From Acidimicrobiia bacterium (GTDB taxonomy: Bacteria > Actinomycetota > Acidimicrobiia > IMCC26256 > PALSA-610): a DNA stretch of 64,000 bases. The notes under the pieces were generated by a model. It was not told the origin of the DNA. It searched no databases and worked only from the letters and a program-made list of their open reading frames with translations. Of this stretch, positions 10,335 to 20,049 are shown piece after piece. Location of the stretch: NCBI GenBank assembly GCA_026002935.1, contig BPGH01000001.1, positions 963,557 to 1,027,556 on the forward strand. Reading direction: 5' to 3'. A program made the translations under genes and the position numbers. Numbering within the stretch: position 1 is the first letter of the stretch; each line of letters starts with the position of its first letter.

Positions 10335-11563
10335 GCGGGCGCGACACGCTGCGCAGCGCGCTCGAGGCCCTGCGGACGCACCGGCTCCGCTCGGCGCTGA
10401 CGACGCTCGGGATCCTCGTCGGCATCGTCGCGGTGATCCTCGGCGCGGGCATCGCGAACGGCGCCCGCGCCGAGGTGCGCGAGCGGATCGACGAGCTGGG
10501 CACCAACGTCCTCGTCGTGTCGCCCGGCAGCGAGACCTCCGCCGACGGCGTGCGCCTCGGGTTCGGCTCCGCCGCGACGCTGACGCGCGCCGACGCCGCC
10601 GCGATCGCGGACCCCGTCGCCGCGCCCGACGTGGCCGCGGTCGCCGCCGAGGCGACCACGGAGGTGGTGCTGGTCGCGGGCGACACCACGTGGACCACCA
10701 CCCTCACCGGCACGACCCCGTCGTGGCGCGAGGTCCGGTCGCGTGCCGTCGCCGCCGGGCGCTTCGTCTCCGAGGCGGACGAGCGGACCGCTGCCGCGGT
10801 CGTCGTGCTCGGTCCCGACACCGCCGAGGCGCTGTTCGGCGGCGGTGTCGCGGTCGGGCGCACGGTGACCGTCGCCGGCCGCACGCTGGAGGTGATCGGC
10901 GTCCTCGAGCCCCTCGAGTCGACCGAGAACGCGGCCGCGAACGACGTCGCCATCGTCCCGGCATCGACCTACGCGCGGCGGCTCGTCGGCGGTCCCGAGC
11001 GCGACGCCGTCGCCGCCATCTACGTGAAGGCGGAGTCCTCCGAGGCGCTCCCGGCCGCCTACCAGGAGACGCAGAACCTGCTCGTCAACCTGCACGGCGC
11101 GCCGTCGGTGGAGGAGGCCGACTTCTCGATCGCGACGCAGGAGTCGATCCTGGCCGCCGCGACCTCCGTCGACCGGACGATGACCGTCCTGCTCACCGGT
11201 GTCGCGGTGATCTCGCTGTTCGTCGGCGGCATCGGCGTCATGAACATCATGCTGGTGTCGGTCGCGGAGCGCGTCCGGGAGATCGGTCTGCGCAAGGCGC
11301 TCGGCGCGCGGCCCCGGGCCGTCCGCCGGCAGTTCCTCGCGGAGGCCGCGGTCCTCGGCCTCGCGGGCGGGCTGCTCGGTGTCGCCCTCGGTCTCGCCGC
11401 GGGCGGCGTCGTCCCGGCGGTCACCGACGCGCGGTTCGTCGCGTCGCCGGCGGCGTCGCTCGCCGCGATCGGCATCGCGGTCGGTGTCGGCGTCGTGTCG
11501 GGCGTGTACCCGGCGACGCGCGCCGCCCGCCTCGCCCCGATCGACGCGCTCAGGAGCGAGTGA
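10331..11563 (+). CDS. ABC transporter permease (MacB/FtsX type)
   Basis: [58 protein letters not shown]. Confidence 0.95.
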   Translation: MSGRDTLRSALEALRTHRLRSALTTLGILVGIVAVILGAGIANGARAEVRERIDELGTNVLVVSPGSETSADGVRLGFGSAATLTRADAAAIADPVAAPDVAAVAAEATTEVVLVAGDTTWTTTLTGTTPSWREVRSRAVAAGRFVSEADERTAAAVVVLGPDTAEALFGGGVAVGRTVTVAGRTLEVIGVLEPLESTENAAANDVAIVPASTYARRLVGGPERDAVAAIYVKAESSEALPAAYQETQNLLVNLHGAPSVEEADFSIATQESILAAATSVDRTMTVLLTGVAVISLFVGGIGVMNIMLVSVAERVREIGLRKALGARPRAVRRQFLAEAAVLGLAGGLLGVALGLAAGGVVPAVTDARFVASPAASLAAIGIAVGVGVVSGVYPATRAARLAPIDALRSE

Positions 11564-11566
11564 ACG

Positions 11567-13177
11567 GTGCGCCGCCGGGTCACGAAGCGTGCGGTCGTCG
11601 GCGCGGGCCTCGCGGCCGTGCTCGCGGTCGGCGGCGCGGTCGCGGTGGGTGTGACGACCGACGGGCGGGCGCGCCTGCGCACCGCGACCGCGGGCTACCA
11701 CGCGGTCACCGAGACGATCGAGGAGGTCGGCACCCTCGCGCCCGTCGCCTCCGCCGAGGTGGCCTTCCCCGCCGCGGGCACCGTCGCGACCGTCGCGGTG
11801 CGGCCCGGCGACGAGGTGACGGTGGGGCAGGTGCTCGCGACCCTCGATCCGGCTCCGCTGGAGGCCGCGGTGCGCGAGGCGCGCGCCGCGCTCGACCGGG
11901 CCGAGCTCGCACTCGCCGACGCGCAGGCCGGCGGCGCGCAGGCCGGCGGTGACGCGTCCGGATCGGTGCCGTCGGGCCCGACGGCACCGGCCGAGGGGGA
12001 CGACGCCCTGCGCGCGGCGCGCCGGGCGGTGCTCGACGCGCAGGCCCGGGTCGACGACGCGCTCGCCGCGGCGGGCGAGGCGCTCGCGTCGGCCGAACAG
12101 GTCTGCGCCGCCGCCACGGCCCCGTCGCCCCCGACGACCTCCGCGACGACCTCCACGACGACCTCGGCGACGACCACCACCGCCGCGACCACGACCGCGC
12201 CGGCGACGACCACGACGAGCATCCCGGACGCCGGGGACGGCACGGACGCGTGCGCCGCGGCGCTCACCGCCGCGCTCGACGCGCAGACCGGGGCACGCGA
12301 CGCGCAGGACGCCCTCGGCGAGGCGCTCGCCGCCTACGGCGAGGCGCTCGCCGCGCGCGCCGGGGTCTCCGACACCGCGTCCGGTACCGACGCGAGCGGC
12401 GGCTCCGACACACCGCCCGCGCCGGCGGCGGGCGCGGCGTCACCCGAGCGGCTCGCCGCCCTCCAGGCGGCGGTCGACGCGGCCGCCGCCGACCTGTTCG
12501 TCGCCGTCGCCGCGCGGGCGCAGACCGCGATCGTCAGCCCGATCGACGGCACCGTCGTCACCGTCGGGTTCGCCCCCGGCGACGAGGTCACCGCCGGGTC
12601 CACGACCGCGACGATCGTGATCGACGGCGACGGCGGCTTCGAGGCGACCGCGCTGGTGGGGGTCGACGACCTCCCCGACGTCGAGGTCGGCCAGTCCGCG
12701 ACCGTGACCCCCGACGGTTCCGGCAGCGCGATCGCGGGCGAGGTCGTGCGCGTCGGGCTGGTGCCGGTGGACGCCGGTGGTGGTGCCGCCTACCCGGTCA
12801 CGATCGCGCTGCCCGGCAGCGCCGACGGCCTGCGGCACGGGTCGGTCGCGTCGGTGTCGATCGTCGTCGGCGGCGCCGGGCGCGTCCTGGCCGTGCCCAC
12901 CTCGGCGGTGCTCCCCGCCGACGGCGGTCACCGCGTGCGCGTGCTCGACGGCGGCGAGGTCGAGGAGGTCGAGGTCGAGGTGGGGGCGGTCGGGCCGGAC
13001 CGCACCGAGATCCGCGCCGGCCTCGCCGCCGGCGACGTCGTCGTGCTCGCCGACCTCGACGAACCACTGCCCGGCACCGCGACCGACGGCGAGGCGGGGC
13101 GTGTGGGCGGCCCGCCCGGCGGCTGGCCCCCCGCGGGCGGCCCGCCGGGCGGTGTGGGCGGCCCGCCGGGCCGTTGA
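11567..13177 (+). CDS. Efflux periplasmic adaptor / membrane fusion protein 2, with Thr-rich insert
   Basis: [44 protein letters not shown]; long Ala-rich hairpin with poly-Thr tip. Confidence 0.8.
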   Translation: MRRRVTKRAVVGAGLAAVLAVGGAVAVGVTTDGRARLRTATAGYHAVTETIEEVGTLAPVASAEVAFPAAGTVATVAVRPGDEVTVGQVLATLDPAPLEAAVREARAALDRAELALADAQAGGAQAGGDASGSVPSGPTAPAEGDDALRAARRAVLDAQARVDDALAAAGEALASAEQVCAAATAPSPPTTSATTSTTTSATTTTAATTTAPATTTTSIPDAGDGTDACAAALTAALDAQTGARDAQDALGEALAAYGEALAARAGVSDTASGTDASGGSDTPPAPAAGAASPERLAALQAAVDAAAADLFVAVAARAQTAIVSPIDGTVVTVGFAPGDEVTAGSTTATIVIDGDGGFEATALVGVDDLPDVEVGQSATVTPDGSGSAIAGEVVRVGLVPVDAGGGAAYPVTIALPGSADGLRHGSVASVSIVVGGAGRVLAVPTSAVLPADGGHRVRVLDGGEVEEVEVEVGAVGPDRTEIRAGLAAGDVVVLADLDEPLPGTATDGEAGRVGGPPGGWPPAGGPPGGVGGPPGR

Positions 13178-13227
13178 ACGTGCGCCCGCAGCCCGCGAGT
13201 CGTGCGGCCCGGCGGCGGACGGATGAC

Positions 13228-13246
13228 AAAGGATAGCCTCACCTGA
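13228..13246 (+). promoter_or_regulatory. IdeR/DtxR/DmdR iron box
   Basis: AAAGGATAGCCTCACCTGA matches 15/19 of TWAGGTWAGSCTWACCTWA, directly upstream of an iron-type solute-binding protein. Confidence 0.75.
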
Positions 13247-13259
13247 GTTCCTGCGTCGG

Positions 13260-14296
13260 GTGGAGGTGACGATGGAGGGCGCGGCGACGACGGCCGGCCC
13301 GCGCGCGCGTCGCAACGCCCGCCGGCCGCGGCGTCGCGCCCGGCGGGCCGGGGCCGTGGCCGGCGCGATCGCGGCCGCGGTGCTCGCGGCGGCCGGCTGC
13401 GGCGGCTCGGGCGACGGCCCGGCCGCACCGGCGGGCACCACGGCGGCGGCCGAGGGCACGGCCCCGGAGGCTGCGGGCGGCCCGGCGGGGCGGATCGTGG
13501 CGCTCGGCGAGGAGCGCGTGCTCGCCGACCTGCTCGCGCTGGGGGTGCGGCCGGTCGCGTCCACCGCGAACGCGATCGTCGACGGCGGCTTCGTCGGCCT
13601 CGACGGGCTCGACGCCACCGGCATCGAGGCGCTGCCGTCGGACGAGCCGAACGTGGAGCGGCTCGCCGCGCTCGAACCCGACGTGATCGTCGCCAACGAG
13701 TTCGTCGTCGACTACCTCGGCCGCGACGTGCTCGAACCGATCGCCGAGATCGTCGTCGTCCCCGACGGCGACGCCGCCACGCAGATCCGCGCGCTCGGCG
13801 ACGCGTTCGGCCGGCGGGCGCGGGCCGACGCGCTCGTCGAGGAGCTCGACGCCGCGCTCGCCGCCGGGCGCGAGCGGCTCGCGTCGCTCCCGGCCGGCGA
13901 CCGGACCGTCTCGGTGCTCACCGTGTACCCCGGCCCGACCGTCGCCGCCTGGGTCGACGGTCCGACCGACGTGCCCGCCACGCTGCTCGACCTCGGCTTC
14001 ACGCTGCGGCCCGACGCCGCCGCGGTCGCCGGTGCCGAGGGCGGACCCACGGAGGGCCGCGCCTACCTGTCGGAGGAGCAGCTCGGCCTGTTCGACGGGC
14101 CGACGATCGTCGCGATGCAGTCCGAGCACGTCGAGGGGGGGCGGAGGCCTTCGCCGCGATGCGCGAGCGGCCGCTGTGGAACGACCTGCCGGCGGTGCGC
14201 GCCGGGCGCGTGGTCGTCGTCGAGCGGCTCGGCTACCCGGGCGTCGCGGGCCGCATCCGGCTCGTCGACGACCTCGTCGAGCGCCTCGCGCCCTGA
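13260..14296 (+). CDS. Iron-siderophore/cobalamin-type ABC substrate-binding lipoprotein; indel in G-run near 14135-14141
   Basis: Lipobox AAGC, RIVAL...LALGVRPVA, EPNVERLAALEPDVIV, and PLWNDLPAVRAGRVVVV in the shifted frame. Confidence 0.85.
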
Positions 14297-14376
14297 CGGC
14301 CCGCCGCCTGCTCGGCGGACGCCGGGCCGCGCGTCGCCCTCGGCGGCGGACGGAGAGCACCGGGCACGCCAGTGCA

Positions 14377-14408
14377 AATGTAGTCACCAAATGAGGTAAT
14401 GTGGTCAC
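14377..14408 (+). promoter_or_regulatory. Toxin-antitoxin autoregulatory operator repeats and leaderless -10
   Basis: AATGTAGTCAC (14377-14387) and AATGTGGTCAC (14398-14408), 21-bp period; TAATGT lies 6 nt before the GTG start. Confidence 0.6.
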
Positions 14409-14666
14409 GTGGATGTCGCCGTCCGGGAGCTGAAGGCCCGTCTGTCCGCCTACCTGCGGCGAGCCGCCGCGGGCGAGCGCATCACGGTCACCGACCGCGG
14501 GAAGCCGGTCGCGGTGATCGGGCCGCCGTACGGGCAGGTCGATCTCGATGCCGCGGCCGAGGCCGGGTGGCTGACGCGGGCGCAGCGGCGCGGGCTCGGG
14601 CCGGTGCGCCGCCGCCCCCCGGTCCGGCCGGTCCAGCAGGTCCTCGACGAGGACCGCGCGGAGTGA
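14409..14666 (+). CDS. vapB: Phd/YefM-family antitoxin
   Basis: VAVRELKARLSAYLRRAAAGERITVTDRGKPVAVI. Confidence 0.9.
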   Translation: MDVAVRELKARLSAYLRRAAAGERITVTDRGKPVAVIGPPYGQVDLDAAAEAGWLTRAQRRGLGPVRRRPPVRPVQQVLDEDRAE

Positions 14667-15064
14667 CGACCTACGTCGACACGAGCGTGCTCCTGAAGCG
14701 GTACGTCGACGAGCCCGATTCCGACCGCGCGCAGGAACTGCTCGCCGCCGATCCCGAGCTGGCCACCGGCCGTCACACGATCGTCGAGGTCCGCCGCAAC
14801 CTCGCCCGGCTCCTCATGGCGACCGACGCGGCCGCCGCGCGCGTCGCCTTCGCGGATGACGTCGGCGCGCTGTCGATCGTCGAGCTCGACGCGGCCACGT
14901 GCGAGACGGCGGCCGCCGTCGCGGAGCAGACGGGAGTGCGGACCCTCGACGCGCTGCATCTCGGCGCGGCGCTGCGTCTCGGCACCGCGATCACCTTCCT
15001 CACCTTCGACGCCCGCCAGGCGCACGCCGCCCGCGCGCTCGGCTTCCCCGTCGCCGGCGTCTGA
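14663..15064 (+). CDS. vapC: PIN-domain VapC toxin
   Basis: YVDTSVLLKRYVDEPDS, E, RTLDALHLGAA, TFDARQ acidic tetrad; GTGA overlap with the antitoxin. Confidence 0.9.
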   Translation: MTTYVDTSVLLKRYVDEPDSDRAQELLAADPELATGRHTIVEVRRNLARLLMATDAAAARVAFADDVGALSIVELDAATCETAAAVAEQTGVRTLDALHLGAALRLGTAITFLTFDARQAHAARALGFPVAGV

Positions 15065-15139
15065 GGCGCCGGGCCCGGGCCGGGCCCGGGGCCGTGCGAC
15101 CATGGGGCACCGGCGACGAGGGTGCCGGGTCGTGGCGGG

Positions 15140-16165
15140 ATGGGGGGGGTGGTGGCGACGGTGGACCGGCTCCGGCAGTTCGTCGACTCGGTCGTCGCCG
15201 CGCTCGACGAACCGGCCGACGGGCGGTCGATGGCGAGCCGCGCGCTGCTGAGCCGTTTCCACTTCGACCGGGTCGTCGCGGCCGAGATGGGGGAGACACC
15301 GACGGCGCTGCGGCGCCGGTTGCTCCTCGAGCGGGCGGCGTGGTGCCTCGGCGGCGGCGAGACGGTGACCGATGCCGCCTGGTCGGCGGGGTTCGAGTCC
15401 GTCGAGGGCTTCTCCCGGGCCTTCTCACGCGCGTTCGGCGTCCCCCCGCGTCGGTTCGCGACCGCCGCGATCGATTTCCGCATCCCGTCCACCAATGGGG
15501 TCCACTTCCACCCTCCGGGCAACATCGAGGTGGCCACGTCGACCCGAAACCGGGCAGGCTCGTCGGGGGAGCCGGTTCGTGAAGGGACGCGCCCGACACT
15601 CTCGCCGGTCCGGGTCCTGGTCGAACACGACCGGGCCCGGACCGACGACCTGATTCGCACCGCCGCCAGCGTCGAGCACCTGCTCGACGTAGAGGTGCGG
15701 CCCGGGCACGTGGTCCTCGCGTTCGACGGACCCGAGCCGACGCTGCGCGCGATGCTCGACCGCCTCGTGTGGACGAAGGAGGTCTGGACGGCGGCGATCG
15801 AAGGACTCCCGCTCCCCGCAGCGGGCGAGCGCGGCATCGAGGCGCTCCGCGCGCGCCATCGCGGCGTCGGCGAGCGGTTCGTCGCGATCGTCGCCGACCT
15901 GGACCGAGAGTGCCGATGGGAGGACGTGTTCATCGACACGCTCTGTGACCCCCCGCAGGCGTTCCCGTACGCGGCCGTGGTCGCGCACGTGATCACCTTC
16001 GCGGCGCACCGGCGGCAGGTCGTCACCCAGGTGCTCGCGGAGTTCGGCGTCGAGGCGTCGACGCCGGCCTGCCCGATCGAGTGGCAGCGCTCCACGCTCT
16101 CGCCGCACGCACTCGACGCCGATTCACTGCGGGGTACGCAGAACCGCAATCGCGGTCAAGCATGA
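15140..16165 (+). CDS. AraC-family regulator with N-terminal HTH and C-terminal DinB-like domain
   Basis: LSRFHFDR...GETP, VTDAAWSAGFESVEGFSRAFSRAFG, NGVHFHPPG, AHVITFAAHRR; start uncertain. Confidence 0.85.
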   Translation: MGGVVATVDRLRQFVDSVVAALDEPADGRSMASRALLSRFHFDRVVAAEMGETPTALRRRLLLERAAWCLGGGETVTDAAWSAGFESVEGFSRAFSRAFGVPPRRFATAAIDFRIPSTNGVHFHPPGNIEVATSTRNRAGSSGEPVREGTRPTLSPVRVLVEHDRARTDDLIRTAASVEHLLDVEVRPGHVVLAFDGPEPTLRAMLDRLVWTKEVWTAAIEGLPLPAAGERGIEALRARHRGVGERFVAIVADLDRECRWEDVFIDTLCDPPQAFPYAAVVAHVITFAAHRRQVVTQVLAEFGVEASTPACPIEWQRSTLSPHALDADSLRGTQNRNRGQA

Positions 16166-16175
16166 CGCGGTCGGC

Positions 16176-16634
16176 ATGGGCGACGATCCCCGCATGACCG
16201 ATCGCGATCGTGCCCACCGAGCGGACCCGACCGACCCGGCCGGCGCCGTGCGCGTGTGGTGGGAGCACCTGGCCCGCGGCGACATCACCGCCTGGTCCGC
16301 GCTGCTGACCGACGACTACACCGTCGTCGGCGGACCCCGGGGCCGGGTGAGCGGGCGGCCCGCCGTCGTCACGGAGGCCGAGGAGTTCGCCCGGACGGGG
16401 CGCATCGAGCAATGGGCCGTCGAGGACCTGTCGGCGCAGGTCGAACACGGGACCGCGGTGTGCACCTACCGCTGGGCCGAGCAGGTGCGCGTCGGCACGA
16501 CCGCGCTCCACCTGTCGGGCTGGGCCACCGACGTGCTCGTCGGCGACGGCCGCTCGTGGCGGCACCGGTCGCGCCACGTCTCGGCGGCGGCCGAAGACCC
16601 ACCGCCCGCGCCGCGCCCGGGATCGTGCGGGTGA
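16176..16634 (+). CDS. NTF2-like (DUF4440/SnoaL) protein
   Basis: GDITAWSALLTDDYTVVG...TDVLV...WR...RHVS. Confidence 0.65.
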   Translation: MGDDPRMTDRDRAHRADPTDPAGAVRVWWEHLARGDITAWSALLTDDYTVVGGPRGRVSGRPAVVTEAEEFARTGRIEQWAVEDLSAQVEHGTAVCTYRWAEQVRVGTTALHLSGWATDVLVGDGRSWRHRSRHVSAAAEDPPPAPRPGSCG

Positions 16635-17150
16635 CGCCGATCGCGGGCCGGCACGCCTGGGTCGTCGACCGGCTGCGTCTCGACCGGCCCCGAGCGCGTG
16701 CTCGAGGTCGGGTGCGGGCGAGGGGTGGCCGCAGGTCTCGTCGCCGACCGCCTGTTCGCCGGCCATCTCGTCGCGTGTGACCGTTCGCCGAGGATGATCG
16801 CCGCCGCGCGGAACCGCAACCGCCACCACGTCGAGGCGGGTCGCGTCGAGTTCCTCGCCGTGGCGATCGCCGACCTGCCGGAGGTCGGACCCTTCGACGT
16901 GGCGTTCGGTGTCGACGTGAACGTGTTCGGCGGTGAGTGCCGCGCGGAGCTCGCGCGGTTGCGCACGCTCCTCGCGCCGGCCGGGGTCCTCGATCTCGTC
17001 CACCGGCCCCCGGTCGGCGCCAAGGTCGAACGGTTCGCGGCGAACCTCCACGCGGCGCTCCCGCGCGGCGGCTTCGTCGTCGACGACACGACGATCGAGA
17101 CGGTCGACGGTGCGCGGTGCCTCGCGATCCGTGCGCACCGGGCCCGCTGA
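16631..17150 (+). CDS. Class I SAM-dependent methyltransferase; indel near 16685
   Basis: GTG overlapping the previous stop; VLEVGCGRG, DRSPRMIAAARNRN, FDVAFGVDVNVF. Confidence 0.75.
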
Positions 17151-17214
17151 CTGCGCCCGGGCACTGACCGCGCGGCAGGTGGTGCACCCGTCCGCGGCGC
17201 TACCGTGGGCGGCG

Positions 17215-17616
17215 GTGTCGGTCCGTCCCGCCCGCTGGGCCTGCGTGCTCCTCGTCGGCGTCGCGGCGTGCGTGCTCGTCCTGGTGCACGGGCTCGGCGG
17301 GTTCGCCTGCGACGGTCACCCGTCGGGGCGCGTTGGGCCCGTGGCCGCGGGTGCGCCCCACGACCACGGCGAGGCGCCGGATCCCGCCGACCACGCCCCG
17401 TGTCCCGGTTGCGTCACGGGGCACGTGATGGCGGCCTGCCTCGCGGTCGTCGGCGTGCTCGGGGGTGTCCGGCACCTCCGGCGCCGCGTCGCCCACGCGA
17501 TCGCGGCGGTACGGGGGCCCGTTGCGCCGGACCCCGGGCGCGTGCTCGCACGGCTCGCAGCCCTCGCGCGCGCGCCGGACCCACCGTGGCTCGGCCTGTC
17601 GGTCATCCGCTGCTGA
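17215..17616 (+). CDS. Cys/His-rich membrane-targeted leader protein (DUF6153/DUF2946-like), candidate copper-responsive uORF
   Basis: Hydrophobic N-terminus, HDH...DH, CPGC, H-x4-C-L, C-terminal ARAPDPPW-LGLSVIRC; lies directly before a cupredoxin. Confidence 0.65.
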   Translation: MSVRPARWACVLLVGVAACVLVLVHGLGGFACDGHPSGRVGPVAAGAPHDHGEAPDPADHAPCPGCVTGHVMAACLAVVGVLGGVRHLRRRVAHAIAAVRGPVAPDPGRVLARLAALARAPDPPWLGLSVIRC

Positions 17617-17692
17617 GAGCGCCTTTCCCCGGTACGCGGGCGCGTCGCGACGCGACGCGCCCCGCCACTTCTCCCGGTCGAAAGGAGCGCTC
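17617..17692 (+). promoter_or_regulatory. Long RNA hairpin occluding the cupredoxin Shine-Dalgarno
   Basis: GAGCGCCTTTC (17617-17627) pairs with GAAAGG(AG)CGCTC (17680-17692); inner stem GCGCGTCGC-GAC-GCGACGCGC at 17640-17660. Confidence 0.65.
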
Positions 17693-17694
17693 GC

Positions 17695-18159
17695 GTGCGC
17701 CGGTCACGTTTCGTCCCCTCAGCCCCAACTCTCTTCTGCGCCCTCGTGCTCGGTCTCGCGCTCACCGCCTGCGGCGGTGACGACGACACGACCCCCCGGC
17801 ACCCGATGGGGCCGATGTCGGGTGATCACATGGATGGCGCCCCGCGAGGCGACCACCACCGTTCGACGCCGGTCGCCGAGGGCGCGCGCCGCATCGAGGT
17901 CCGCGCGACCTCGTTCTCGTTCGATCCCGACCTCATCCGCGTCGCCGCCGGCGAGGACGTCGCGATCGTCCTGCGATCGGACGACGTGCTGCACGACTTC
18001 ACCGTCGCCGGGCTCGACGTGCACGTCGCCGCCGGGCGAGGTGAGGTCGCCGAAGGCGGGCTACGGGCCGACGAGCCCGGGGAGTACGTCTTCTATTGCT
18101 CGGTTCCGGGCCACCGCGCCGCCGGGATGGAGGGGAGGTTGGTCGTCGGCGCGCCCTGA
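17695..18159 (+). CDS. Cupredoxin (type-1 copper) lipoprotein with His/Met-rich linker
   Basis: Lipobox LTAC, HPMGPMSGDHMD...HH, LHDF and YCSVPGHRAAGM copper ligands. Confidence 0.9.
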   Translation: MRRSRFVPSAPTLFCALVLGLALTACGGDDDTTPRHPMGPMSGDHMDGAPRGDHHRSTPVAEGARRIEVRATSFSFDPDLIRVAAGEDVAIVLRSDDVLHDFTVAGLDVHVAAGRGEVAEGGLRADEPGEYVFYCSVPGHRAAGMEGRLVVGAP

Positions 18160-18346
18160 GACGGCACCGCCGGTGGTGTCCGACGGCGACCGAGCTCCTG
18201 CACACGTGTCGTACGCGAGCCGGTCGGGACCGGAGGGGTGCCGTGCCGGCCGCGCCGCCGCGGGCCGGCGACGCGGTGTGCCGCCGGTGGCTGCGAGCAC
18301 GCGTGCGCGCCCGATCCCGGATCGGGCGTTCGCGTCTGCGCGTTCA

Positions 18347-18838
18347 TCAGCGGTCCTTCTCGTGCGCCGCTTCGGAATGGAGCGCGATGGCCGCGTACTT
18401 GTAGGACGGTTGACGTGAATGCGGGTCGAAGCCCGGGAAGGTCAGGCGGTTCGTGTGGGCGTGGTGCATCGGAACGAAGACCTGGCCGGGTGCGACGCTG
18501 TTGGTCAGCATCGCCCGGGCTCGCATCGAGCCGCGCGCCGAGACGACCCGCACCCACGCGTTCGGCGCGATTCCCGACGCGCCCGCGCGCAGGCCGACGT
18601 CGTCGCCGGCCCCGTAGCGGCGGGCCTCCTCGACCGCGAACCCGGTGCAGCCGAGGTGGCGGAGCAGGGCCCCGATCACGGCGTCGGCGACGAGTCGATC
18701 GTCCCCGGTACGGGCGGCGAGCGCGCCGGCGAGCACCGCCGTGCGCACCGTCGTCTCGTGCGCGAACCCGTCGGCGGCGTCGCACCCGAGCGACAGCGCG
18801 CCGAGCACCTCCACGAGGCGCGCCGGTCCGTCGTCCAC
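18347..18838 (-). pseudogene. Chimeric ORF: N-terminus of an HD-GYP/LuxR regulator fused to the C-terminal domain of a NasA/NarB-type molybdopterin oxidoreductase
   Basis: RLVEVLGALSLGCD...LLRHLGCTGFA, then from ~18585 VRVVSARG...VAPGQVFVPMH...NRLT...DPHSRQPSYK. Confidence 0.7.
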
Positions 18839-18876
18839 CGGTTGAGTCTCGCACCGGCCCGGTCCGGCACGTGGGG

Positions 18877-19332
18877 TCAGGGCCGGAAGAGCTCGATCAG
18901 CGCCGCGGTGTCGAGGTAGGGCCGGTAGCGCACCGCGAGGCCGTCGCGCACGACCCAGTGGTGCAGCTCGTCGATCGCGGCCCGCCGCCCCTTCGACCGG
19001 TGGGTGGCCTCGAGGTGGATCTCGGCCACGACGGCGTCACCGCCGGCGAACAGGCGTCCGACGTCGAAGACGTGGAACTCGAGCTGCGCGACGCCGCCGA
19101 AGTACCGCTCGACGGCTCCGTGGCCGGTGCCGTGGTGCAGCATCGGGACCCGCTCGGCGCCGGGCGCCGAGACCTCGGCGCCCCAGTCGATCTGCGGGTG
19201 GAGGAGGGAGAACAGGCCGGCCATGTCGCCCCGGCCGAACGCGCCGTAGACGGCGGCGACGACCTGTTCGGGGAGAGCGGGTGCTCCGGTAGCGGGTGCG
19301 GGTGCGGGTGCGGGTGCGGTTCGCTCGTCCAT
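18877..19332 (-). CDS. SnoaL/NTF2-like protein
   Basis: VVAAVYGAFGRGDMAGLFSLLHPQIDW...HWVVRDG...YLDTA. Confidence 0.85.
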   Translation of the reverse strand: MDERTAPAPAPAPATGAPALPEQVVAAVYGAFGRGDMAGLFSLLHPQIDWGAEVSAPGAERVPMLHHGTGHGAVERYFGGVAQLEFHVFDVGRLFAGGDAVVAEIHLEATHRSKGRRAAIDELHHWVVRDGLAVRYRPYLDTAALIELFRP

Positions 19333-19363
19333 GCCGGGGATGCTGACCGTGCCCGCCGCGGAA

Positions 19364-19384
19364 CGCATCGGGAGGATTGCCGAT
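19364..19384 (-). promoter_or_regulatory. Candidate LuxR-type activator box upstream of the SnoaL gene
   Basis: ATCGG-N8-CCGAT-GCG palindrome, 18 nt before -10 CAGCAT; same layout at 59872-59892. Confidence 0.5.
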
Positions 19385-19590
19385 CCGCGCGAGCGCAGCG
19401 GGCCGTCCGGTGAGGCTGTAGCCGACCGCACGCTGAATTGCCGATCCGCGCGGGCGGAGCGGGCCGGCCGCGCCGCCGGCGTGCGGCGCCGGGCCGGGGC
19501 GCTAGCGTGACCGGCCCGCCGGGGCCGGGGCCAGGCGGCCGCGGATCACCGGTGCGACCGGTGTTCGGGATGCGAGGACGGGAGGACGGG

Positions 19591-20049
19591 ATGCCGTCGG
19601 TGTTCGACGCCGAGTACGAACCGAGCCCCTGGGAGCCGATCGCGCGCGAGGTCGAGCGCTACGAGCGCACCGACGGCGCCGAGCCGAGCGAGCTCGTCGG
19701 CGACCGCTGGATCGTGCTGTGGACGGTCGGGGCGAGGTCGGGGAAGGTCCGCAAGACCCCGCTCGTGCGCGTCGCCGACGGTGAGGGGCGCTACGCGGTG
19801 ATCGGGTCGATGGGCGGTGCGCCCACGCACCCGCAGTGGGTCCACAACCTGCGCGCGAACCCGGTCGCGCGGGTCCACGACGGTTCGTCGCTCGTCGAGT
19901 GCAGCGTCCGCGAGGTCGACGGCGACGAGAAGGCGGCGTGGTGGGCGCGTGCGACCGCGGTCTGGCCCGACTACGACACCTACCAGGCCGCGACCGACCG
20001 TGTGATCCCGGTGTTCGTGCTCGAGCCGGTCGCCACGGTCAGGTCGTAG
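19591..20049 (+). CDS. Deazaflavin (F420)-dependent nitroreductase family (Ddn-like)
   Basis: TVGARSGKVRKTPL, SMGGAPTHPQWVHNLRANP, YDTYQAATDRVIPVFVL. Confidence 0.92.
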   Translation: MPSVFDAEYEPSPWEPIAREVERYERTDGAEPSELVGDRWIVLWTVGARSGKVRKTPLVRVADGEGRYAVIGSMGGAPTHPQWVHNLRANPVARVHDGSSLVECSVREVDGDEKAAWWARATAVWPDYDTYQAATDRVIPVFVLEPVATVRS

